Below, one piece after another: positions 54,102 through 64,000 of a stretch of DNA of 64,000 nt. Made by a program: the position numbers and the translations under genes. Source of the stretch: Solirubrobacteraceae bacterium (lineage in GTDB: Bacteria; Actinomycetota; Thermoleophilia; Solirubrobacterales; Solirubrobacteraceae). Numbering within the stretch: the first letter of the stretch is position 1; each line of letters begins with the position of its first letter. The notes beneath the pieces are model-generated. The model searched no databases, was not told the DNA's origin, and saw only the letters and a program-made list of their open reading frames with translations. Location: NCBI GenBank assembly GCA_036379935.1, contig DASVFT010000166.1, positions 3,683 through 67,682 on the forward strand, in the 5' to 3' direction.

Positions 54102-55445
54102 ATGAGCGTGACCCAGCAGCCCACCACCGCGGACGACGTCCAGGCCATCGTCGACGAGCACGACATCCGCTTCATCCGCTTCTGGTTCACCGACATCCTC
54201 GGGCAGCTGAAGTCGTTCTCGATCAACGCCGCCGAGCTCGACGACGCCTTCGAGGGCGGCATGGGCTTCGACGGCTCGTCGATCACCGGCTTCAACGCCA
54301 TCGAGGAGTCGGACATGATCGCCATGCCCGACCCGTCGACCTTCGCGATCCTGCCCTGGCGTCCCGAGGCCCAGGGCGTGGGGCGGATGTTCTGCGACAT
54401 CCTCACCCCCGAGCGCACGCCCTACGAGGGCGACCCGCGCCACGTCCTGCGCCGCGCGCTGGAGCGCGCCAGCGCGATGGGGTTCGACACCTTCAACGTC
54501 GGGCCGGAGCTCGAGTACTTCCTGTTCAAGGACAAGGACTCCACCGAGGTCCTGGACGAGGGCGGCTACTTCGACCTCACCACCCTCGACGCGGGGTCCG
54601 ACGTGCGCCGCGAGACCGTCCTCGCGCTGGAGCAGCTCGGCATCCACGTGGAGTACACCCACCACGAGGTCGGCCCCAGCCAGCACGAGATCGACATGCG
54701 CTACGCCAACGCGCTGAAGATGGCCGACGACTGCATGACCTACCGCATCACGGTCAAGGAATACGCGATGAAGTACGGCTGGCACGCGACGTTCATGCCC
54801 AAGCCGCTCTTCGGCGAGAACGGCTCGGGCATGCACACGCACATGAGCCTCTTCCGCGGCACCGACAACGCGATGTTCGACGCCGGCGACCCCTACTTCC
54901 TGTCCGACACCGGCAAGGCGTTCATCGCGGGCCAGCTCAAGCACGCGCGCGAGATCTCCTCGATCTTCGCCCAGTGGGTGAACTCCTACAAGCGCCTGGT
55001 GCCGGGGTTCGAGGCGCCGGTCTACGTGGCGTGGAGCCGGCGCAATCGCTCGGCGCTCGTGCGCGTGCCGCTCTACCACCCGGGCAAGGAGCAGGCGACA
55101 CGCATGGAGCTGCGCTGTCCGGACCCCGCGTGCAACCCCTACCTGACCTTCGCCGCGCTGCTGCACGCCGGGCTCGAGGGCATCGAGAAGGGCTACGAGC
55201 TCCCCGAGCCGATGGAGAAGAACCTCTACCACCTGGCGCCGGACGACCGCAAGCGCCTGGGAATCGAGCAGCTGCCCGAGACGCTGGGCGAGGCGATCGA
55301 GCTGACCGCCGAGTCCGAGCTCGTGCTGCGCACGCTGGGCGAGCACATGTTCAATCGCTTCGTCGAGATCAAGCGACAGGAGTGGGAGGACTACCGCGTG
55401 CAGGTCACGCCGTGGGAGCTCGAGCGCTACCTGCCGGTGCTCTGA
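54102..55445 (+). CDS. glnA: type I glutamine synthetase
   Basis: 447 aa. Motifs: FTDILGQLKSF, GPELEYFLF, HHEVGPSQHEI, FMPKPLFGENGSGMHTHMSLF, NRSALVRVP. It is the third GS-family gene in the window. Confidence 0.95.
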   Translation: MSVTQQPTTADDVQAIVDEHDIRFIRFWFTDILGQLKSFSINAAELDDAFEGGMGFDGSSITGFNAIEESDMIAMPDPSTFAILPWRPEAQGVGRMFCDILTPERTPYEGDPRHVLRRALERASAMGFDTFNVGPELEYFLFKDKDSTEVLDEGGYFDLTTLDAGSDVRRETVLALEQLGIHVEYTHHEVGPSQHEIDMRYANALKMADDCMTYRITVKEYAMKYGWHATFMPKPLFGENGSGMHTHMSLFRGTDNAMFDAGDPYFLSDTGKAFIAGQLKHAREISSIFAQWVNSYKRLVPGFEAPVYVAWSRRNRSALVRVPLYHPGKEQATRMELRCPDPACNPYLTFAALLHAGLEGIEKGYELPEPMEKNLYHLAPDDRKRLGIEQLPETLGEAIELTAESELVLRTLGEHMFNRFVEIKRQEWEDYRVQVTPWELERYLPVL

Positions 55446-55600
55446 GCCGCTAGCACCCGGCGAGCACGAGCTCGCTGGCCGCGCGAACGCGCGTGGCGAC
55501 TGACTGCTACGCTCGCCACCGAGCGATGAGGCTCGCTCCATAACCGCGGCTCCGGGCCGCTGATGGCCTCTACGAGTACCTGTCAAACGTCTTCGTAGAG

Positions 55601-55870
55601 GTGGTTTACATGGAGTTGGCCGGATTCCCCGTCGTCGCCGTTGGCCTGTGCACGCCTGAGTGCGGGCGGTTCAGCGAAGGGCTCGAGCGACTGCCCGAAA
55701 CGTCGGCCACGAGGCGCGTCGGGCGCTTCAGCGACGGCCTCGAGCGATTGCCTGAGACGTCGGCGTCGCTGCGCATCGGGCGCTTCAGCGACGGCCTGGA
55801 GCAGCTTCCCGCGATGGCCGGCGGCGAACACAGCGGCAGCTTTGCCGACGGTTACGGGCGGAGGTCGTAG
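55601..55870 (+). CDS. possible repeat-containing small ORF (GRFS[ED]GLE[RQ]LPETSA x3); coding status doubtful
   Basis: 89-aa track ORF whose body is the 57-nt tandem repeat. Its TAG overlaps the antiporter GTG by 1 nt. An antisense ORF of similar size also exists, so either or neither may be real. Confidence 0.25.
   Translation: MVYMELAGFPVVAVGLCTPECGRFSEGLERLPETSATRRVGRFSDGLERLPETSASLRIGRFSDGLEQLPAMAGGEHSGSFADGYGRRS
55664..55819. repeat. 57-nt tandem repeat x2.7
   Basis: Units start at 55664, 55721 and 55778 (the last is partial). Read directly, with about 80-85% identity between units. Confidence 0.9.
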
Positions 55871-57051
55871 TGACGCCCGTTCAACTGGCGGCGATCCTCG
55901 CTGCCGCGGTGGTGCTCGCGAGCATGATCTCCGTCGAGATCGGGCTCTCGGTGGCGCTCGTCGAGCTCGCGCTCGGGGTGGTGTTCGGCAACGCTTTTGG
56001 CCTGGACCCCAACAGCGGTTGGCTCGTCTTCATCGCCAACTTCGCCTCGATCGTGCTGACCTTCCTTGCCGGCGCGGAGGTGGACCCCGATGATTTCAGG
56101 GAGCGGTTTGGAGCCGCCCTGGCGATCGGGCTGGTCTCGTTCGTGGGGCCGTTCGTCGTTGCGACGCTGGCCGCCTACGGCGCCCTCGGATGGTCGCTGA
56201 AGGCCTCGCTGATCGCCGGCACCGCCCTGTCCACGACGTCGCTCGCGGTCGTGTACGCGGTGCTCGTCGAAACGGGCCTGAACGACACGCGGATCGGCAA
56301 GCTGATCATGTCGGCGTGCTTCGTCACCGATATGGGCACGGCGGTCGCCCTGTCGGCGATCTTCCTGAAGCCGAACGCATGGTTCGGAGTCTTCCTGGCG
56401 GTTTCGGTGGCGCTCATCGTGGTGCTGCCGAAGATCGCTCCGTGGTTCTTCGGACGCTACGGCGACCGCGTCATCGAGCCGGAGATCAAGCTCGTGTTCG
56501 TGTGCCTGTTCGCCCTGATGGTCCTGGCCGACGCGGCGAAGGGCCACGCGGTGCTGCCCGCCTTCGTGCTCGGGCTGGTCATGTCGCGCCACTACCGCGA
56601 GCATCGCCTGGAACAGGAGCGCCTGCGTGTCGTGGCGTTTGCCTTCCTGACGCCCTTCTTCTTCCTGCGCGGCGGGCTGAACGTGTCGCTGGGCGCGGTG
56701 GCGGCGAACCTTGGCCTGCTCGTCGTCCTCTTCGCAGCCAAGATGGTCCCCAAGGTCGCCATGATCCTTCCGCTCGCGCGGCGGCACGCCCCGCAGCACG
56801 CCACGTTCACCACGCTTCTGATGTCGACGGGACTCACCTTCGGCACCATCTCCTCGCTCTACGGGCTGAACGCGGGCATCATCGACCGCACGCAGTTCTC
56901 GCTGCTCGTGACCGTGGTCGTGCTCTCGGCGATCGTCCCCACGGCGATCGCGCAGCGCTGGTTCGCGCCCGACGTCGAGGCTGAGCGCGCCGCTTCCCGT
57001 CGCGGCGCGCGGGCGTCGACACAACCCGTAACGGCCGGTGAGGGCGCATGA
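55870..57051 (+). CDS. cation:proton antiporter (CPA2-like, no KTN domain)
   Basis: 393 aa, polytopic, from a GTG start preceded by GGAGG at 5 nt. It is the second antiporter in the window. Confidence 0.85.
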   Translation: MTPVQLAAILAAAVVLASMISVEIGLSVALVELALGVVFGNAFGLDPNSGWLVFIANFASIVLTFLAGAEVDPDDFRERFGAALAIGLVSFVGPFVVATLAAYGALGWSLKASLIAGTALSTTSLAVVYAVLVETGLNDTRIGKLIMSACFVTDMGTAVALSAIFLKPNAWFGVFLAVSVALIVVLPKIAPWFFGRYGDRVIEPEIKLVFVCLFALMVLADAAKGHAVLPAFVLGLVMSRHYREHRLEQERLRVVAFAFLTPFFFLRGGLNVSLGAVAANLGLLVVLFAAKMVPKVAMILPLARRHAPQHATFTTLLMSTGLTFGTISSLYGLNAGIIDRTQFSLLVTVVVLSAIVPTAIAQRWFAPDVEAERAASRRGARASTQPVTAGEGA

Positions 57052-57479
57052 GCCCGTACGAGTTCACCAACGTCCTGGTCGCCCTGGACGGATCCGCGGG
57101 CGCGGCGAAGGCGCTCGACTGCGCGCTGTCGATCTGCTCGGCCGTCGGCGCGCGCCTGACGGCGCTGGCCGTCGAGGGAAAGCTGCCCGCCTACGCGGCG
57201 TCGCTGGGCGAGGTCGACGAGGTCAAGCGCGAGAAGGACGAGTACTTCGGTGGCGTGCTCGCCGACGCCACCGAGCAAGCGAGGGCCAGGGGCGTCGAGA
57301 TCAGCACCGATCTCGTTCCCGGGCACGCGGCGGAGGTGATCACCCACTACGCACGCGCCCACGGCCACGACCTCGTCGTCCTGGGCCATCGCGGCCATTT
57401 CCTGGGCGACTACCTCCTCGGCTCGACTGCCGACCGCGTGGCGCACCGTGCCCACTGTCCCGTCATGGTCGTGCGCTGA
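57048..57479 (+). CDS. universal stress protein (UspA family)
   Basis: 143 aa: NVLVALDGS...DLVVLGHRGHFLGDYLLGSTADRVAHRAHCPVMVV. It has an ATGA overlap with the antiporter. Confidence 0.85.
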   Translation: MSPYEFTNVLVALDGSAGAAKALDCALSICSAVGARLTALAVEGKLPAYAASLGEVDEVKREKDEYFGGVLADATEQARARGVEISTDLVPGHAAEVITHYARAHGHDLVVLGHRGHFLGDYLLGSTADRVAHRAHCPVMVVR

Positions 57480-57486
57480 AGCCGCG

Positions 57487-59462
<1,976 letters not shown>

Positions 59463-59463
<1 letters not shown>

Positions 59464-61388
59464 CAACCCAACTGTAGGCGGCGCGCGTGGCGAGGGACCT
59501 TGATCGGGACCCCGCGGGTCACGAGCTGCGCGGCACGCACGTGCCTGATGCTGACCTTGCGGCCGCCGAGGCGGCCGGTGACGCTCCCGTCGGGATGGAA
59601 GGTCAGGCGGCCGTGCGGCGCGACACGGCCGCTGATCGTGAGCGTCGAGTTGCCGTTCGCCACCGGGACGAGTCCCGTGACCGTGACGCCGGGCACGAAC
59701 TCGACGCGCCGCAGGCTGTAGCCGCGCGACGTCGCGGTCGCGCGGCCCGAGCGCAGGCCGCCGACCCTGGCGCCGACGGGGGTGATGCGTCCCGCGGCCA
59801 GCTCGTCGCCGAGGAACTGCAGGCGGACGTCGCGGACCGTGGCGGAGGCCGCGGCCACGGTCTTGGACGCGCGCGTGCGGCCGGGCAGGCGGCTCAGCCT
59901 CGTGGGCGCGATCGGCGTGGGCGCGATGATCGGCCGCGGGTTGGCACAGGCGGTGACCGGCTGCCCCGTGAAGAAGGCGGCCATCGCGTTCTTGGCGCAG
60001 TCGCTCACGTCGCTCGTCAGCACGGAGTGCCCGGTGTAGGGGACGGCGAGGATCTGCGCGCCCGGGATCCGCGACGCGACGGCCTGGGCGTCCTCGACCG
60101 GCGTGCGGACGTCGCCACCGCCGGTGAGGACGAGCGTCGGCACGGCCGGGAGCGGCAGCGGTGGCGCCGGGGGCGGGCTCGCGTTGGGCCATCCCAGGCA
60201 GACCGGGATGGCCTCGCTGCGCAGCGCCACGCTCCAGCCGAAGGCCCCGAAGTCGGTCGCCGGGTGTGCCTGTGCCGCGCCGACCGCCTGGGCGGCCCGC
60301 TGGCGAGCGGGCGCGTTGCGATCCCACGGGAAGATCGACTCCTCGCAGCGCGTGGCGACGAACAGCGCGTCGGAGTCGCTGGCGGTGTCCGTCTGCGCGC
60401 GCGTGTTGGGGATGCCGGTCAACCCGGCGGCGCGCAGGCGCAGGCGCAGCAGCGGCCGGCGGTCGCCCTTGATCGTGCTGCGCAGCGCCGCGGGCAGCTC
60501 GGCACGCAGCGTCGGATTGAGGTCGCCGGCGAGGAGGATCTCGAGCAGCCCGTCGCGCGTGAGGCGCAGCCTCACGCTGGTGCCGCCGGGCGTGTTGACC
60601 TTCCCCGTGAAGCCCGGGCGCCCGCCGGCCCCCGGCTGGCCGGCGCGGCGCGCGACCGTGGCCAGGTCGCGGCCGACGTTGTTCGTGATGCCGTTGCACA
60701 GGCCGTTGCCGCACAGCTCGCCGAGCGCGCGTGGCAGCGCCTTGAACGTCGAGACGTTGAGGACGTCCGAGCCCTCCGGCGGCACGACCGAGTCGAGGAC
60801 GATGGCCTCGACGTTGGCCGGGTACTTGGCCGCGTAGTCGAGCGCGACCTTGGTGCCGTAGGAGACGCCGAACAGGACGAGCTTCTGATACCCGGACTCC
60901 ACGCGGATGCTCTCGATGTCGTCGACGCTGTCAGCCGAGCGGAAGAAGCCGCGCGCCGGGCCCAGCTGGCTGGCGCACGACGCGGCGGCCTCCGTGATCG
61001 ACGAGAAGCCGCTCTCGAAGGCGGCGCAGCGCAGGCGGCCCGACGCACCGGTCCCGCGCTGGTCGAAGATCACGAGGTCGCGGTTGGTCAGCACCGGGCC
61101 AAGGATCGAGGCGAACTCGGTGACCGAGGGGAGGGCGGCCTGCCCGGGCCCGCCGGCCAGTCCGACGACGGCGGAGGCGGTCGGATTGCTCGTCGCGACG
61201 GCCCGCTTGATGCTCAGCGTGAGCGTGCCGGGGACGGCGCCGGTGCGGTCGAGGGGAACGGGGAGCTGGCCGCACTGGTAGCCCGCCGGCTCGCATGGCG
61301 CGTAGGAGATGGCCGCGTGCGCGGCGGGCGTCAGGCCCAGGACCGCGGCGGCCGCGGCGAGGGCCGCCAGAGTGGACCGGGCGCGCAT
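59463..61388 (-). CDS. secreted alpha/beta hydrolase (tripeptidyl-aminopeptidase-like)
   Basis: 641 aa with signal peptide [26 protein letters not shown]. It has HGGPG-like LAGGPGQA and the nucleophile elbow GVSYGT. The stop overlaps the downstream ATG by 1 nt. Confidence 0.8.
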
Positions 61389-61523
61389 CTCGAGCCAGGG
61401 TAGACCACGTGCGGTCGGCGGGTAGGCGATCGTCCGGTGCGCTCCCGCGGGGCCCCCCGGGTGCGCCGTGGCCTGCGGGCCGCCCGGTGCGCCTCGCCTG
61501 CGGGCGCATTAGTGTCCGTGGGC

Positions 61524-61916
61524 ATGTCGCATCACCGTGAGGCCGTCACCGCGGCCGGCGCGCCCGACGCCGTCGGCCCCTACAGCCACGCTGTCAAGAG
61601 CGGCGGGCTGCTCTTCGTGTCGGGCCAGGTCCCGCTCGATCCCGCCACCGGCAAGCTCGTCGAGGGCTCGGTCGGCGAGCAGACGCGCCGCTGCCTGGAG
61701 AACGTCCAGGCCGTGGCCGGCGCCGCCGGCGCGTCGCTGGCGGATGCCGTGCGCATGGGCGTGTACGTGACCGACATGAGCACGTTCGGACAGGTCAACG
61801 AGGCCTACGCCGCCTTCTTCGGCGACGGGCCGCCGGCGCGAAGCACCATCGGCGTCGCGGCGCTGCCGCTCGGGGCCCAGGTCGAGATCGACGCCGTCAT
61901 CGCGCTGCCGGACTGA
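61524..61916 (+). CDS. ridA: RidA/YjgF-family reactive-intermediate deaminase
   Basis: 130 aa: APDAVGPYSHAVKSGGLLFVSGQVPLDPATGKLV...ARSTIGVAALPLGAQVEIDAV. Confidence 0.9.
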   Translation: MSHHREAVTAAGAPDAVGPYSHAVKSGGLLFVSGQVPLDPATGKLVEGSVGEQTRRCLENVQAVAGAAGASLADAVRMGVYVTDMSTFGQVNEAYAAFFGDGPPARSTIGVAALPLGAQVEIDAVIALPD

Positions 61917-61920
61917 GGTC

Positions 61921-63153
61921 ATGGCGACATCGCCCCCCCGTTCCGCCGTCACCGCCGAGGACGTGCAGCGCGCGCGGGGCGCCATCGCGGATGTGGTCAA
62001 GCACACGCCTGTCCTGCCGTCGCTGACCCTGTCACAGCAGCTCGGCGCCGACATCGCCCTCAAGGCCGAGAGCCTGCAGCGCACGGGCTCGTTCAAGATC
62101 CGCGGCGCGCTCAACAAGCTGGCCGCGCTCGGCGAGGGCTGCGCTCGCGGCGTCACCGCGGGGAGCGCGGGCAACCACGGCTGGGCGCTGGCACAGGCGG
62201 CCCGCGCGCGCGGCGTGGCGTGCGAGGTCTTCATGCCGGTCGAGGCGGCGCTGTCCAAGGTCGACGGGTGCAACACGCTGGGGGCCACCGTTCACATCGG
62301 CGGCAACTCGGTGGACGACTGCGTGGCCGCGGCCCGCGAGCGCGCCGAGGAGGCCGGGATGGCCTTCGTGCACCCGTTCGACGACCCCGACATCGTCGCC
62401 GGCCAGGGCACGCTCGGGCTCGAGCTGCTCGAGGACGTCGACGACGTGGCCAAGGTCGTGGTCCCCGTGGGGGGCGGTGGCCTGGCCAGCGGCGTGGCCA
62501 TCGCCATGAAGTCGGCGCGGCCGGCGATCGAGGTCGTGGGCGTGCAGGTCGATTCCGTGGCCGCCTATCCCGAGTCGCTGCGCCGCGGGGAGCCCGTGGA
62601 GGTCCCCGCCGGCCTGACCATCGCCGATGGCATTGCGGTCAAGCGGCCAGGTGAGCTCACGCTGAGCCTCATCCGCGAATGGCTCGACGACGTGGTGGTC
62701 GTCGAGGAGGACGACGTGGCCGAGGCGATGGTCATGCTCATGGAGCGGGCCAAGCTCGTGGTCGAGGGTGCCGGAGCCGTGGGCGTCGCCGCTCTGCTCG
62801 GCGGCCAGGTCGTCCCGGCCGCCCAGGGCAGCACCGTGGTCGTGCTCAGCGGCGGCAACGTCGACGCCGGCCTGCTGGCCTCGATCGCCCGCCGCCACGA
62901 GAGCGAGGCCGGACGGCGGCTCGTCGTGCTGACCCGCGTGCCCGACCGGCCGGGCTTCCTGGCGCGGCTCCTGGCGCTGGTGGGCGAGGCAGGAGCCAAT
63001 CTCGTCGACGTCGAGCACGTGCGCGAGGGGCTCGACCTGCACGTGCGCGAGACGGCCGTCCAGCTCGTGCTCGAGACGCGCGGGCGCGACCACGCCGAAG
63101 AGGTGCTCGGCCGCGTGCGCGACGCCGGGTACGAGGCGCGCGTGGTGCGGTAG
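61921..63153 (+). CDS. ilvA: threonine ammonia-lyase (PLP-dependent, short form with C-terminal ACT-like domain)
   Basis: 410 aa with SLQRTGSFKIRGA (PLP lysine), GNHGWALA and GGGGL. It sits next to ridA, a common pairing. Confidence 0.9.
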   Translation: MATSPPRSAVTAEDVQRARGAIADVVKHTPVLPSLTLSQQLGADIALKAESLQRTGSFKIRGALNKLAALGEGCARGVTAGSAGNHGWALAQAARARGVACEVFMPVEAALSKVDGCNTLGATVHIGGNSVDDCVAAARERAEEAGMAFVHPFDDPDIVAGQGTLGLELLEDVDDVAKVVVPVGGGGLASGVAIAMKSARPAIEVVGVQVDSVAAYPESLRRGEPVEVPAGLTIADGIAVKRPGELTLSLIREWLDDVVVVEEDDVAEAMVMLMERAKLVVEGAGAVGVAALLGGQVVPAAQGSTVVVLSGGNVDAGLLASIARRHESEAGRRLVVLTRVPDRPGFLARLLALVGEAGANLVDVEHVREGLDLHVRETAVQLVLETRGRDHAEEVLGRVRDAGYEARVVR

Positions 63154-63165
63154 GGAGCGGCGCGG

Positions 63166-64000
63166 CTAGGCGTCCTCGTCGGGGAAGCGCGCTCCGGCTG
63201 GGATCACCGCGTCGCCGCTCACGTGGGCGTGCAGGCCGACGAGAGCGATCGCGCCGTCGGGCGCGCCGACGGCGGCGCCGCTGCCGATCTCGACCGCGTC
63301 GTCGAGGACGGCGCGGACGACCTGGGCGCCGGAGCGCACGACCGCGCCCGGCAGCAGGACCGAGTCGCGCACGACCGCATCGCGCTCGATGACCGCGCCG
63401 CGGCTGACGACCGATCGCTCGACCGTGCCCGCAACCGTCGTGCCGGGTGCCAGCATGCTCCGCGTGACCGATGCTCCGGGGAGGACGCGCGCCGACGCGT
63501 GGCGGGCGGGGGCGCGAGTGAGCACCGGCCAGGCGGGGTCGTCGAGGTCGATCGGCGGGGGCTCCTCGAGCAGCTCCTGGTGGGACTCCCAATAGGCGTC
63601 CACGGTGCCGACGTCGCGCCAGTAGCCCTCGAAGCGCGCCTCGCGCGCCGCGCCCGCGGCGACCAGGCGCGGCAGCAGCTCGTGGCCGAGGTCCTCGAGC
63701 TCGTCGTCGCCGCGCGCGGACGCGAGCTCCTCGAGCGTCTCGAGCAGTGGGTCGGGCCGGAAGACGAAGACCTCGTTGGCTACTAGGTTGCCCGCCGGGT
63801 CCTCGGGCTTGTAGGCGTACTCGCGCACGGCTCCGTCCTGAACCGTGACCACGCCGTAGCGGCCGGCGTCGTCGGGGTCGACCTCGGTCGTGACCATGGT
63901 CACCGCGGCGCCGCTGGACACGTGGTCCGCGACCAGCGCACCGTAGTCCTGGACGTAAACGGCGTCGGCGCTGAGGACCACGAGGGCGTCCGGCGCGAAC
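63166..64000 (-). CDS. glgC: glucose-1-phosphate adenylyltransferase, C-terminal part (5' end beyond the window)
   Basis: The ORF is open to the window end. It has FEGYWRDVGTVDAYWESHQELL and a C-terminal left-handed beta-helix repeat region. Confidence 0.7.
   Translation of the reverse strand, partial: FAPDALVVLSADAVYVQDYGALVADHVSSGAAVTMVTTEVDPDDAGRYGVVTVQDGAVREYAYKPEDPAGNLVANEVFVFRPDPLLETLEELASARGDDELEDLGHELLPRLVAAGAAREARFEGYWRDVGTVDAYWESHQELLEEPPPIDLDDPAWPVLTRAPARHASARVLPGASVTRSMLAPGTTVAGTVERSVVSRGAVIERDAVVRDSVLLPGAVVRSGAQVVRAVLDDAVEIGSGAAVGAPDGAIALVGLHAHVSGDAVIPAGARFPDEDA

Noticed and set aside
61434-61503. Three imperfect ~23-nt direct repeats (CCGGTGCGC...CCTGCGGG) between the alpha/beta hydrolase and ridA.
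   Set aside because: The identity is low and the sequence is simple and GC-rich. This cannot be distinguished from chance similarity by eye.

Overview
Very GC-rich, densely coded chromosomal segment of actinobacterial type. The lineage call is inferred from three GAAC-N4-GTTC SOS boxes, a ydaO-type riboswitch, an imuB/dnaE2 cassette and frequent GTG/TTG starts with 1-4 nt start/stop overlaps. I support about 70 CDS, one tRNA (Leu-GAG), RNase P RNA (rnpB), one c-di-AMP (ydaO-type) riboswitch, two or three hairpin terminators and five separate tandem repeats. I saw no rRNA, CRISPR array, transposase or integrase. The left 27 kb is a nitrogen/amine island. It holds two paralogous GATase-II/GXGXG/FMN glutamate-synthase-like trios (GlxBCD/MgsABC-like), two glutamine-synthetase-family ligases and an Amt transporter followed by four tiny membrane-protein genes. 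It also holds a DUF1989+GcvT protein with TMAO-demethylase (Tdm) architecture, an ACAD-fold flavoprotein, a flavin reductase, a PhyH dioxygenase, an APC permease, two tandem DAO-type FAD oxidoreductases, and PucR- and GntR-type regulators. The canonical Dmm and Mgd enzymes of the known methylated-amine pathway are not visible. This makes the island the best candidate for a non-canonical amine catabolic system. The middle of the window carries Phd/VapC and ParDE toxin-antitoxin pairs around tRNA-Leu, ogt/lexA, rnpB, and an SOS cassette. In that cassette imuB and dnaE2 each have an identical SOS box over the start codon, with three uncharacterised genes between them and no imuA. The right end is mostly housekeeping (rpsD, glnA, ilvA, ridA, glgC, acyl-CoA synthetase, antiporter/Usp). 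All family calls come from reading the translated ORFs. Nothing was searched or computed.
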